Source: an uncultured delta proteobacterium (GTDB lineage: Bacteria; Desulfobacterota; Desulfobacteria; Desulfobacterales; Desulfatirhabdiaceae). From it: a stretch of DNA of 51,490 nt. The notes beneath the pieces were generated by a model. It did not search any database and had not been told where the DNA came from. It saw only the letters and a program-made list of their open reading frames with translations. The translations under genes and the position numbers were made by a program. Shown in pieces: positions 1 to 11,284 of this stretch (the first letter of the stretch is position 1; every line of letters starts with the position of its first letter). Where the stretch lies: NCBI GenBank assembly GCA_963789395.1, contig CAWBKP010000016.1, positions 1 to 51,490 of the forward strand, in the 5' to 3' direction.

Positions 1-92
1 CCAATCACTGACTGGTATTTACAGGTGCCGAACGCCACTGTCACCTCTTCTGTCCTGGATTCCATTTTCGGCAAGATTCTCATCAAGAGTTA

Positions 93-106
93 TTTGCAAG
101 AGGTTC
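93..106. repeat. Terminal-repeat-like sequence TTTGCAAGAGGTTC, matching the right end of the element at 47981-48113
   Basis: 13/14 identity to TTTGCAAGAGGCTC at 48100-48113; the partner end would lie outside the window. Confidence 0.35.
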
Positions 107-221
107 CGACACTTGCAGGTAATATGTAGCCATAAAATAGCCGCATAACAACTCAATAAAAATCATCTTTATTATGACAACAGGGTCTTACAAATCATTT
201 ATTGGAATCTATAACATTAGA

Positions 222-285
222 TTGAACGAGCGCTCAGTCAATTTTAAAGTGGCAATTTTTTAGCCCAAATATAAATTCTTGTCAA
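222..285 (-). promoter_or_regulatory. Leftward sigma70-like promoter with a downstream palindromic operator (candidate TetR box)
   Basis: Minus strand TTGACA (285-280), 17 bp, TAAAAA, then TTGACTGAGCGCTCGTTCA (241-223), identical to the site at 19128-19146. Confidence 0.6.
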
Positions 286-478
286 CTTATTTTTAAAGAC
301 ACCAATATTTAAATTAAATTCAGAAAATCAGCGTTTGCATTCCGAAAACAATTGTATCATATATGGATTAAATATTGAATTTACAGGGGCTTCACACCCT
401 CGACTCGGGCACCGGGTGAATTCATGGATACGGCAATGTCTGACCGCAGCCGCAATTTGTTATGTCAGGGGGAAAACC

Positions 479-1059
479 ATGCTATCACGCAGCAACGCCA
501 GAAAAATCCTGAGCAAATATGGAGGGAACGCCGGGTGGACCAACCACTGCATTGCAGTAGCCAGACCTGGCTGACTACCTGGCTCCGATTATCGGAAAGC
601 ATCACAATATTGACGCAGACTTTCTCTGGTCCGCCGCGCTTCTGCATGATATCGGCCGGCATGTCACGCATGACCCGGTAAGGCACGGCGTAGCCGGATA
701 CAATCTGATGATGGAACTCGGCCATCCTGAAGAAGCATACGTGTGCGCCAGCCATGTTCTCTTCGGGCTTAAATCAGACGAGGCCGCACAATTCGGTCTT
801 CCCCGCAAGGACTTCTTGCCCCGGAAAATGGAGGAAATGCTCGTTGCACTGATCGATTATCTGATAGAATTTGACAAGCCGACAACGTTACAGGCCCGGT
901 TCTCGTCCTTGCGCGCGCGATACGCAGACAACAGACTTCTTCTTTTCGAGGCTGGAAAGGGCCGAGAAAGCTGCGAACGACTTCATGGAGGTCATCACCC
1001 ACGACATGGGACAATCACTTGAAGAGGTGCTCGCCGCCTATTCCGTCTGGACATCATGA
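479..1059 (+). CDS. HD-domain (HDIG-type) phosphohydrolase, split by about 2 frameshifts
   Basis: Joined frames read MLSRSNARKILSKY..NHCIAVA / AALLHDIGRHVTHDPVRHGVAGYNLMMELG..SH..ALID; HD motifs present. Confidence 0.7.
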
Positions 1060-3383
1060 GTCTGAAAGTCCAAAACTGATTTCTTTTTGCATATTGTCGA
1101 TTCGTGAAAAAATCTCTTTCAGCATGGTTTGTTCAATCCGGGTCAGTTTTTTAGGATTGATATAATTATCCGGTGCTGTTTTTTCTACCATCATGGCGTT
1201 GATCTGTCTGGCAAATCGCAGTTGCATCAAAAAGCTGTAGGCATGTTCCATTTCATTATACGTATCCCAGCGAAGCTTTTTTCTCATGAACAACTGATGC
1301 AGTCTCTCCTGGGTATTGGTTTCGGACAAGCCGTGCTTTAATGCATAAATTCTGGCAAAATCAATGATCGGCACCATGACTTTTTTGATGTCAAAGGCGT
1401 CCCTGTGCTCTCCTTTGGACTCAACGATAAAATTTCTGAAAAAACCGATGGGCGGCTTGAAGTTGCTGGGCGTTTACCGCCATATAACGGAAAAAAAACG
1501 GCCATTCGGAAAGCGAGTCCATCAAAAAGCTTCGCAGCTCACCAACGAGTTCCGCCTTTCCATGGGCGCATCTGAAATCGAAAAAAATGGTGGAACTGAG
1601 CAAATCATCCGGTTCCGCCACGCGTATCCAGGAAAGAAAATAACCCTTCCACACAGACAGAGGCTGACACCATTTGGGATTTTTCGCCATGATGTTTCCT
1701 TTGCAAAAATCGTATCCAACATCATTCAGCCAAGTGCAGATGGTCTCCCCCAATTTCAGAAAATAGGCTTGAATGGTCTCGGCGGGAATTCCGGCGACAT
1801 CTTCATAAATAATGGCGTTGTCCTGATCTGTTTTCAGGGTCTGTTCTTTGCGGCCTTCGCTGCCCATCACCATGAAGGCGAAAGCACAGGGCGGCGGCCC
1901 GATTTTTTCAAGGGCAAATGCAATGATTTTGGTCAATATGGCATCGGAAATCGTTGTGATCAGGCGGGTAAGATTTCTGGCTTTGGCGCCGTTTGAAATA
2001 AGGCCCTGAATAACGCCCGGCAGAAGCTGATGCTGATGCATCAGGGCTTCAACGCTGCCGGCCATCGATATCTCGCGTATCAGAAACAGGGGGGACTGGC
2101 CCTGAGCCGCCAGAATATCCTTGTTGGTAATAATGCCGATCAGTTCATCATCCGGGCCTGTCACACCCAGATGCTTATAATTCTCCTGCATCATGCTCAT
2201 GAGCGCTTCAAAGACCAAAGCCTGCGAAGAAATCGTATGAAGCGGAAAAGACATGATTCTTTCAACAGGATTTTGGATATCCAGGCCACTTGCAATCACT
2301 TTTTTCCGCAAATCATTGTCTGTTACAATGCCAACAAATTTATCCTGATCAGATTTTACCAGAATGCTGCTGCATTTATGCCGGCTCATCAATTCTGCCG
2401 CCGACTGGATGGTCGTTCCGAAAGCGCAGGAGATCAGATCTTTCTGGGTGATACTGCTGACCGGCTGATTGAGAAACTGGAGCGCCTCATCTCCGGGTTG
2501 AATCGTCTTTGCCACTATGGAGGCATACGACCGGTCGAGCATGCGTTTGCCGAATGTATCGGTAAAATATTCCAATAAACTGCTCGTTCCGGTTGCAGAC
2601 ATCCAGAAAAAACGGTTTCGGCCAGACATAAAAATGCGTATCTTCAGTTGTTCTAAGAGATCGGATGGAAATGGAATTGTTGATCAGCATGGATATGCCG
2701 CCAAAAAGGTCCCCCTCACTCATCAGCGTTGTGTCGATATTGTTGTCGCCTTCTTCGAAATAGCGTTCTGCCGCCCCGTTCTGAATGATATACAGCGATT
2801 CGATTTTGGAAAGACCTTGCGTAAAAATGAGCGTATTCTTCGGGTGAAAAACAAGTGACAATTCCATGGCGGCTTTTTCGATTTCAGCCTCCGGAAGGAA
2901 GGAAAACGGCGCAATACCCGACAAAAAAAGAAAGGCGCGGTTTGAAGCAAAGATGGATGCGTAGGATTCATCGACCATGCGCTGACCGAAAGCGTCCACA
3001 AAATATTTGTTAAAAAAGCGATAATTGTGGCAGAGCTTCAGAAAGACGTCCACCGGAATCTTATAGCACGTTGATTCCCGGGCGGCTTTTGCGGTTCTGA
3101 CGCAAACACCTGAATTCATCAAAACTGAAATGCCACCGAAAATCTCTCCCTTGCCCAGCCTGCTGATCTGTGTTTTATGGTCTTCCCGTTCATAATATAG
3201 TTCGATTTCACCACTTTGAAGAATATAGATCCCGTCCATTTTTGATCGGCCCTGCGTAAATAGGATCTCGTTTTTGGCAAAAGATCTCAGGACAGCGGAC
3301 TGGGCCACATGCTCAATCTCTTTTTCAGGAAGCAATTTAAAAATTTGAATTTGAGACAATAATTGCAAAGACTGGTCGTTCAT
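1054..3383 (-). CDS. Signal-transduction protein: 2x cNMP-binding + CBS pair + DUF294 nucleotidyltransferase + DUF294_C (COG2905-like), frameshifted
   Basis: ORFs 2487-3395, 1421-2629 and 1054-1377 join into one protein; two cNMP-like repeats (GEIFGGIS / GDLFGGIS), CBS motifs (GIVTDNDL, GIITNKDI), NTase motif GSEGRKEQTLKTDQDNA. Confidence 0.85.
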
Positions 3384-3437
3384 ACAACTCCCCATGCATT
3401 AGACCATTCAGTAAACGATGAAAGCTCTGGTAAATGA

Positions 3438-5478
3438 TTAATACGAAATCTTGGCATATCTGGTTTTTCTGGATGCCTGAAGCGCATCGTTCAACGTCAG
3501 GATGTCGTTTCTAGCCAGAATCGGAATGCATTTCAGAAGAATTTCGGCCGCTGCCAATGCATCGCCGAGCGCCGTATGTCTGCCGGTAATACTGATGCCG
3601 AGCCGCTCGGAAATCGCCTCGAGGCTATGACGCCGATGTGAAGGATGGATAACCGCTGATAGAAACATAGTGTCCAGAACCGGCTGGGTAAATCGGACGG
3701 ATGAAATATACTCCTTGACTTGAAACATCCGCATGTCAAAAGCCATATTATGCCCGACCAAAACCGTATTTCCCGCAAACTGGTAAAGCAGTGGCAGCAC
3801 TTTATCTATGGTTGGCTGCCCCTGAAGCATCTCCGGACGGATGCCGTGGATTTGGATGGACGTCTCCGGCACTTCCCGCTGGGGATCCACCAGAACGTTG
3901 AAAATCTCATTGTTCAGCAACCGGCCATTCACGATGCGAACCGCGCCGATGGAAATAATCTCGTCCGATAACGGATCCAGACCCGTTGTTTCCGTATCGA
4001 TGACAGTGTAGGAAATGTTTGAAAGCAGTTGTTCTTTCAGATCCGGATTGGTGTCCGGTCGATTCAGAAGATCAAAGTCGTAGAATTCAGGACGGCTGGC
4101 GGAAAGGGTAATAGGGGAAATGTTTCTGACCCGTGAAAGCTCTGCGGAAGGAATAAATACCCGAAGACAGGCCTTTTCCGGGGACTTATGCAGCAGGGAT
4201 GACCAGCATTCGGCTTCATGCTGCAACAAGATATCATTCAGTTTCAGATATCCCACCCCTTTTTCGTGAAGGACGAAGCCATTGTTCCACTCATCCAGAA
4301 CGGTATCCGCAACCGGAGCGCCGGTCCAGATGATATCCACATGAATATAATCGCGCTCAACGGCAGCCAGGCATTCAAATGATGAAATATCAACAAGTAT
4401 CTTAAGCTGCCCCAGAAGAAACGTCAGCGCAGACGTCAGATAATGGTTCATTGCGTATATCCAGGCAGGCTCATTGGGCATGTCAAGCCGAAGCCTCACA
4501 TCATATTGATCCCATACGAGAGATTGTACCATTTCGAGCACATTTTGAATATGCGTCGGAATCAGCGACAGGTTGGCATGGGACGGGCAGGAAGCGGGCA
4601 TCATGGCCGTCGAGCGATTGAAATCCGATTTCATTCCGTGGATCGGGATATGCGCTGTCCGGCATGGATTGGGTTTGCGTAATGGAGTGGATCCGCAAAA
4701 TAAACCCGGCCAGTTCGTCAATGTAAACAAGGATGGGAACGATCTCAACCTTCAGAAAATGACCGTAAGGCCCCAGGGTGGAAAAACACGTGCCTATATT
4801 GTCCCGAGACTTGGCCAGTTTTTCGGTAATTTCAGAAAAAGCACGCTGTATCTGAGCTTTGTTGACAAAACTGGTGATATTCCGCCCCAGACCGATAAAC
4901 TGCCGGGTCAAAAACGCCGGCTGCCCATCTGTGTTCGACTTTTCCTGATAGCTTAAAAATTCTTCCGCTTTCTTGTTGAACAACAGAATGGCGCCCGATG
5001 GATTACAGACGATGACGCCTTCGGATAGACACGAAATAATGGATGCCAGAATATTTTTTTCCTGCTCAAGGGCTTCACCGGAAAGACGGATTCTGTCATC
5101 GATGCTTTTCTTCAGGGACTGATAACGATCCGCTCCCTCATTGATCAAGGTTGCCAGGCGTCTAAAATCTTTTCCGGCATTGATATCGATACGGTATGAA
5201 GGGTTCGCGGAAAAAATAACCAGCATTTCGTCGGCCATTTTACGGGTCGGCAGGACATAATACTGATAAAAAACAAGAAGGCAGCCCCCCCATCCCCCAA
5301 GCCCCAGAACGGTCGCAATCAAAAAATAACCGAAATTATCCCCGACAATTCGCAGCAGTACTGCCTGATTTTCCGGCACGAGCTGATTCCAGAATATAAC
5401 TCCCAGGCTAATGAAAATGATCAAAAATACTACCGTTGAAACAGCCGCAGTAAACCAGAATTTATTGACCGATTTCAA
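3438..5478 (-). CDS. Membrane-anchored PAS-containing DEDDh 3'-5' exonuclease (DNA pol III epsilon-like), frameshifted near 4.5-4.7 kb
   Basis: N-terminal ORF has two hydrophobic helices and a PAS-like segment (LSEGVIVCN..ILLFNKKAE); C-terminal ORF has VIDTETTG, GHNMAFD, HTALGD. Confidence 0.8.
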
Positions 5479-5579
5479 AAGAATTATCCAGTTATTATCT
5501 ATGTTTGATTCAGTCTTAATCGCAGCCCCAGGTCTTCGGCCGCCTTAGCTCGCCCTGGGATACAATGAAGCAGGGAGTC

Positions 5580-5608
5580 ATATTAGGCAGAAACGATGAA
5601 TTAAACAA
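5580..5608 (-). promoter_or_regulatory. Candidate sigma70 promoter of the exonuclease-DUF294 unit
   Basis: Minus strand TTGTTT-17 bp-TAATAT. Confidence 0.4.
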
Positions 5609-5686
5609 GCTGAAAAAAAGTTGTATCGGACAGAAGGCGTGTTACCCTCAAGTGAGTGCTCCTTGCCGGGCGCACCAAATAAGAAG

Positions 5687-5721
5687 AAGGGGGGCACTTT
5701 TCACAAAGTGCCCCCCCTTTT
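5687..5721. terminator. Rho-independent terminator hairpin downstream of the acyl-CoA ligase
   Basis: GGGGGGCACTTT-TCAC-AAAGTGCCCCCC with T-rich tails on both strands. Confidence 0.75.
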
Positions 5722-5758
5722 AATTTAAGATAGATTCTCAGAAGTGTTATTCGAGGGG

Positions 5759-7281
5759 TTACGCTTTACCGTATAGGGATTTGACCGCTTCCCGGTCCGG
5801 GGAACCGTCTGCCTTAAGTGGCAGTTCGCTCACGAATTCAACATACTGGGGTTTTTTGAAACTGGCGATGCGTTCCCCTACAAAGCGAATCAGCTCCGCG
5901 AGACGTTAAACTCTTCCCCGCATGCAGTTGACAAACCGCCTTGATTCCCTCTTTCCATTTTGGGTCCGGTACGCCGATGACGACCGTTTGCGCCACGGCA
6001 GGATGCTGAAGGATGACTTTTTCCACCTCCGCCGGATATACGTTTTCACCGCCGGGTTTGATGAGCTCTTTTTCAGCTTTTCTGCCTGCGTAAAACAAGA
6101 AGCCGTCCGAATCGAACCGTCCCAGATCGCCGGTATGATGCCACCCGTCACGGAAAGCATAGGCATTATCTTCCGGCAACTCCCAATACCCCTTGAAGAC
6201 CATGGGGCCCTTAACCGCAATTTCACCCACGGCTCCTGGCGGCAACGGGGCGATCATGATCATCCACCAGCCGCACATCCGCAAGTGAAATGGTTTTTCC
6301 GGCCGATCCGGGACGATCGCTATATCGCCCCATGGTGGCCAGGCAGGAGGTCTCCGTCTGCCCGTACATGCAGTAATAATCGCCGCCGGTTATGGATTGA
6401 TATCGCTCAATCACTTCAGGCGTTCCCAGACCCACAACAGCTCTAAGTGAGCGGATATCAAGATTCTCTTCCGTTGCAGCCTGTATAATGGAAGATAGAA
6501 TCGGCGGGAAATCAAAACACAGGCTCACCCCTTTTTCCTGGATCAGTTTTGCAGCCGTCTTGGCATCAAATTTACTGATATTCACATTTAAGGCGCCGGC
6601 ATGGAACGAGCTGGTGGCCATACAGAGCCCGCCCACATGAAAAAGCGGCAAGAGATTCAAATTCACATCCCGGAATGAAAGCCCGAAGTAGTAATTAAAA
6701 TGCATGCCGGCGCACAGCATATTGCCATGACTGAGAAGCGCCCCCCGGGGACGGCCGGCCACAGCGGCCGTATGAATAATGACAAAGCCGTCCGAACTTG
6801 CCACATTCGCAGGCGTCATCTGACCGGACTCCGCCATCAACGACTGAAATCCCAACGCATCGCCCAGATCGGATTTCAAATTATAACAGGATTCAATAGA
6901 AGGCAACGCATCCCGCCTGGCTCCCAGCATGGGTTGGAATTCCGCATCGGCAAAGAGGATCTTCGGCCGACAATCGTTCAAGTTGAAACAAACCTCATCA
7001 GCCGAAAGGCGCCAGTTGATCGGTAAAACAATGGCGCCCAGAAACGCCGCAGCACCATATACCAGAAAAAATTCGAGGCTGTTTTTGCCGACCACGCCGA
7101 TGCGATCCCCCTTTTGAATTCCGGCATGAGCGAGTCCCAAGGCCAGCAGATCCACCTGGTGTTTATATTCGGAGAAAGTCAATTGTCTGCCGTCGTCAAC
7201 CTCCAGCCAGCAGATACAACTGCCGAAAGCGACTGCATTACGATTAATCAGATCATAGAAGGAAAAATCATAAAGTCCCAT
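5759..7281 (-). CDS. Acyl-CoA ligase (AMP-binding, long-chain fatty acid CoA ligase family), frameshifted
   Basis: IIHTAAVAGRPRG (variant P-loop), YGQTET, GWHHTGDLG, IKPGGENVYPAEVE; reconstructed C-terminus EAVKSLYGKA*. Confidence 0.85.
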
Positions 7282-7441
7282 GGAAATAGTCCCGCGATTC
7301 CTTTCAAGCTAAAAAATCACGCCCTTTATGCGGGCACCCATTTATCATTTTTCAGCCATTTGAGAGAAAAAGTTGAGTTTGGCCCGGCTTACGGCACAAG
7401 CCGAATCCCGGGCATGGATACAGAAATGATCATGCTAATCC

Positions 7442-7474
7442 AGTGTCTGAACGGCAAATCCGTCCAGACACTAC
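7442..7474 (-). repeat. GTAG-type REP-like hairpin, copy 1
   Basis: Minus strand GTAG-TGTCTGGACGG-ATTTG-CCGTTCAGACA; near-identical to 23120-23150; its TAG is the USP stop codon. Confidence 0.65.
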
Positions 7475-7878
7475 TTTATTGAGCGGTTTACGCTGACGAC
7501 CGGGCAGGGAGCTTTGAGAATGATGTACTGCGCCGTTGACCCGACAATTATTTTTTGGGTTTTCGATTTTTTCTCCACCCCGACAAAAATCTGGTCGATA
7601 TCCTTTTCCTTTGCGAATCTTACCAAATCTTCACCGGGTGACATGCCGCGCGCCAGTTGATGCGTCTCGCAGGGGATTCCTTTTTCTTTCAGAAATTGTT
7701 CCGCAAACACCAGATCCTGTTCAGCCTTTCGGATGTCTTCGGGTTTTTCACTTGTCCCGCCTCCCATGGAAGTCATAACAAGCACTTTCGCACCAAAAAC
7801 TTCAGCATAGGTTCTTGCCAGAGAAAGCGCTGCTTTTGCAACATCCGAACCGTTATATCCCACTAAAAATTTCATCAT
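7471..7878 (-). CDS. Universal stress protein (USP)
   Basis: LVGYNGSDVAKAAL at the N-terminus; IIVGSTAQYIILKAPCPVVSV at the C-terminus. Confidence 0.9.
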   Translation of the reverse strand: MMKFLVGYNGSDVAKAALSLARTYAEVFGAKVLVMTSMGGGTSEKPEDIRKAEQDLVFAEQFLKEKGIPCETHQLARGMSPGEDLVRFAKEKDIDQIFVGVEKKSKTQKIIVGSTAQYIILKAPCPVVSVNRSIK

Positions 7879-7910
7879 CCCCTCCTTTTCTCAGGGGGTT
7901 TTCTTAAACA

Positions 7911-8729
7911 TTACATCCAGCGCTTGCGCCGCTTGTAGGATTTGACTTCCTTAAAAGACTTTCTGCCGCCTCCCTGGGTTATCCCCATGTAGAACTCCTT
8001 GACATCCGGGTTTTCCTGAAGTTCCTTGGAGGGTCCTTCCAGAACGATCTTTCCGGACTCCATGATATAGGCATAATCGGAAACACCCAGCGCGATCTTG
8101 GCGTTTTGCTCCACCACTAAAATCGTGGTATTCATCTTTTTGTTGATCAATTGTATGTTCTCAAAGATTTCCTTGACAAGCAACGGTGCCAGACCCAGGG
8201 ACGGCTCATCAAGCATGAGCATTTTAGGGGATGCCATCAAGGCTCTGGCAATGGCGATCATCTGCTGTTCTCCGCCGGAGCAATAGCCTGCCATCCGGTG
8301 TGTGATGTTGGCCAACCGGGGGAAATGCGCGTACATTAACGCACGATCGGCCCGGATCTTCTGAACCCCGTCCCGCCTGGTAATGGATCCGACACGGATA
8401 TTTTCATCCACCGTAAGGTGCTTGAATACCCGGCGTCCTTCCGGAACCATCACCGCCCCCAGCTTTACCACATGGGTCCCCAGCAGATTGGTGACGTCTT
8501 TATCCCGGAATTTAATATACCCTTCCCGTATAAAGCCGTTTTCCGGCTTCAGCAACCCGCTGATTGCCCTCAATGTCGTTGTTTTTCCCGCCCCGTTGGT
8601 GCCAAGCAAGGCAACGATGCTCCCTTCCGGGACATTCATGCTGACGCCGCGCAGCACCTGAACAATGTCGTTATAAACGACTTCTATGTTATTGACTTCC
8701 AGCTGATTATCCGTTTTTTTCTTATCCAT
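7911..8729 (-). CDS. Liv-type ABC transporter ATP-binding protein (LivF-like)
   Basis: Walker A GTNGAGKTT, signature CSGGEQQM, LDEPSLGLAP, VEQN; C-terminal YKRRKRW tail. Confidence 0.92.
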   Translation of the reverse strand: MDKKKTDNQLEVNNIEVVYNDIVQVLRGVSMNVPEGSIVALLGTNGAGKTTTLRAISGLLKPENGFIREGYIKFRDKDVTNLLGTHVVKLGAVMVPEGRRVFKHLTVDENIRVGSITRRDGVQKIRADRALMYAHFPRLANITHRMAGYCSGGEQQMIAIARALMASPKMLMLDEPSLGLAPLLVKEIFENIQLINKKMNTTILVVEQNAKIALGVSDYAYIMESGKIVLEGPSKELQENPDVKEFYMGITQGGGRKSFKEVKSYKRRKRWM

Positions 8730-8898
8730 AAGGCGGCTTTTCTATAAATCCATAACGACAATTGAGTCAGGCGACCAATAAAGTCTGTATTCCAAAGGAT
8801 TGATCCTTCCGGGAACCGATAAACGATCAACCCGTTTACGGTCACAGAAGGTGACACTGCAGCGCTCTGTCCGAATGTAATAACTCAGAGTATCATTG

Positions 8899-10135
8899 CT
8901 ATTTAATCTTTCCCGTATATTCGGGAATAAAGGGAGTTACCGGACGGAATTGAAAACGCCATCTTTAACAACATACATCTGAAGCGAGTCAACGCCTGTA
9001 TGATCCGTTTTCGAATAGGTAACCGGTCCAACCGTTGTCCCTGGAGAAAAAGCCTTGTCTCCGTTCATTGCCTGAAGTTCTTCGTAAAGTGTTACTTTGT
9101 TGATTTCCTTGCCTTTGGCCTTTGCCCGTTTGATGACCTCTGTTGCAACCTGTGCTCACCATCATGCCGTTTGTGTAGTTATGGGAATTGGCGGCCTTTT
9201 CGTCACGATTATATTTTTTTGCAAGCTCAAGCTGTGCCGTTGCTCCCGGGCTCGGTTCATTCGTGACGATATAAGAGGTGGTCCAGTAGAAATTTTCCGC
9301 TGAAGGTCCGGCAAGGGCAACCAGATCGTTGCCGCCTGTGTAATGACAGCCCAGAAAGGTGATCTTTCCCTGCTTCGTTAAAGGATTTTGCCACAAGCCC
9401 GAGACTGCTGGCATCCTTTAACATGGTCGCAACCGGGGACTGGACGGTCTGGCAGATGACATACTGCACGCCCTTGCTGAGAAGGCGCTGCAGCATGGCG
9501 GTGTTGTCAAGATCCTTGCCATGCTCAACGACTTCAACGATTTCCATTTTGAGTCCGGCGGCAACCGCCTTTTGCACATCCTCAACCGGTCCTCGACCGA
9601 ACGCCGAAGGATGGATGAACATGGCCACTTTTGGCGTGCCCCCCTTGTGGTTCTTCACGATATACTCGGCAAGACCAATGGCCTGGGCGGAATAGGAAGC
9701 GATGGGCAGGAAGATATAGTTGTGAGTCAACCAGATTTCCGGCATGAAAAGAGGCCGGAAGAACCGGCATTTTTTCTTCCTCAAAGTCTTTTTTCAACGC
9801 CAGCGTGCTGCCAGTGGAATAGTTCAGATAAAACACAATTCCCTGTGAGATGAAGTCTTCAAAATTGCGTTTGGTAATATCGTTATTGTATTGGTCGTCC
9901 CGAATCGTGCAGTCGATTTTGTCATCCCCCAGGATCTTCGTATCATTGACAAAGTTGAAGTAATCTTCAACACCCTTCGCATAGGGATTCCCGGCATCGG
10001 AAGTCGGGCCGGTGATGGCAAGCGACAACCCGAGCTTATACACCTTTCCGGCAAGCGCCGAACGGGAAGGGTGAACATGAAAACAGCCACCGGCAGAAAC
10101 ATCCACATGAACACGTTATTCTTTTTCATTTTCAT
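8899..10135 (-). CDS. Liv-type ABC transporter substrate-binding protein, split by several frameshifts
   Basis: Fragments 9824-10135, 9582-10106, 9257-9784 and 8989-9414 join into a signal peptide plus LGLSLAITGPTSDAG..DDQY periplasmic fold; reconstructed end PFIPEYTGKIK*. Confidence 0.8.
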
Positions 10136-10187
10136 TTTTCCTCCTTAGGGTTAGGTTGCATTGAGCAGTTAGGTTGTTAAAAAGAAG

Positions 10188-11282
10188 CTAATACCGGAAA
10201 GGCCACAGCTTCACATATGAGCGCCCGATACGCCACCAGTTGGCAATCCCGCGGGGTTCAAACATCAGAAACAGCACGATAACCAGCCCAAAGCTCAAAG
10301 GTTTCAGGGCCGTGGCCAGATTCGTTGCAAATGTCAAATGAGTTCCCGCCCATTCGGAAAGTCGTTCCACCTGAAGATCCAGCACCTTAATCGCCAGCGG
10401 CCCCAAAAACGAGCCAGGCAGCGTTCCGAGACCGCCGACAATCGCCATGGCGAGAAAACTGATGGAGTGATGCAATGTAAAGGACTCGATCCCGACCCCG
10501 CGATACAGATAGGCATGCAAGGCCCCGGCCACACCGGCCAGAAAACCGGCCAGTGCAAAGGCATACACTTTCGTAAACCCCGGGTGCATTCCCATGGCAT
10601 CGGCAGCCCGGTCATTATCCCGCACGGCGACAAGACAGCGGCCATAGCGGGTACGAAGCAGATTGCGTACTGCAAAACCGCAGAGCACTATCACAACCAG
10701 GATGGCATAATACCAGAAGAAATAGTGCTGGCTGCGCGACACCTGACCGGTCAGCCAGACAACCCTGCCTACGGAGATGGTCTGTCCCTGATTAAAAAAA
10801 TTCATAAAATTAATGGTCCACTGAAAAATCATCTGGAAGGAAAGCGTTGCAATGGCCAGATACAGATGCTTCAGCCGAAGGGCGGGCAACCCGACAATGG
10901 CGCCGAAAACCGCGCCCATACATCCTGCAAGCAGGATCATCACCGGCCAGGCATGGGTCAGCAGAACATGGCTGTCACCCAGAACCCGCGCGAAAGAGGC
11001 GATTGTATACGCCCCGATGCCGACGAACGCCGCATGGCCGATGGAGATCAGGCCTGCAAAACCGGTGACCAGATTCAATCCCATGACGGCAATGACGGCC
11101 ACCAGAATATTATCGATCACCAGCATGTATTTATTGTCCACCTCGATGAAGAGCGGCCAGATAAAAAGGCAGAGAATGAGAAGACACATCGCTGTCCTGT
11201 CCAGGCTGGTAAAAAAAATCCGCTGCTCTTCTTTATAGGAGGTAAAATAGTTTCCTGTGGCCAGCCAACGATTTGATGACAT
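10188..11282 (-). CDS. Liv-type ABC permease (LivM-like)
   Basis: GLNLVTGFAGLISIGHAAF, LYLAIATL, AVRDNDRAADAMG; multiple transmembrane segments. Confidence 0.92.
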   Translation of the reverse strand: MSSNRWLATGNYFTSYKEEQRIFFTSLDRTAMCLLILCLFIWPLFIEVDNKYMLVIDNILVAVIAVMGLNLVTGFAGLISIGHAAFVGIGAYTIASFARVLGDSHVLLTHAWPVMILLAGCMGAVFGAIVGLPALRLKHLYLAIATLSFQMIFQWTINFMNFFNQGQTISVGRVVWLTGQVSRSQHYFFWYYAILVVIVLCGFAVRNLLRTRYGRCLVAVRDNDRAADAMGMHPGFTKVYAFALAGFLAGVAGALHAYLYRGVGIESFTLHHSISFLAMAIVGGLGTLPGSFLGPLAIKVLDLQVERLSEWAGTHLTFATNLATALKPLSFGLVIVLFLMFEPRGIANWWRIGRSYVKLWPFRY

Positions 11283-11284
11283 AG

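Noticed and set aside
97..192. IS1634 end remnant (CAAGAGGTTCCGACA plus GGGTCTTACA)
   Set aside because: Only 12/15 match to the TIR, the subterminal motif is in the wrong orientation, and the site is better explained by the 47981-type terminus
3438..4748. Calling the exonuclease dnaQ
   Set aside because: It has N-terminal TM and PAS regions and sits with DUF294, so it is not the replicative proofreading subunit
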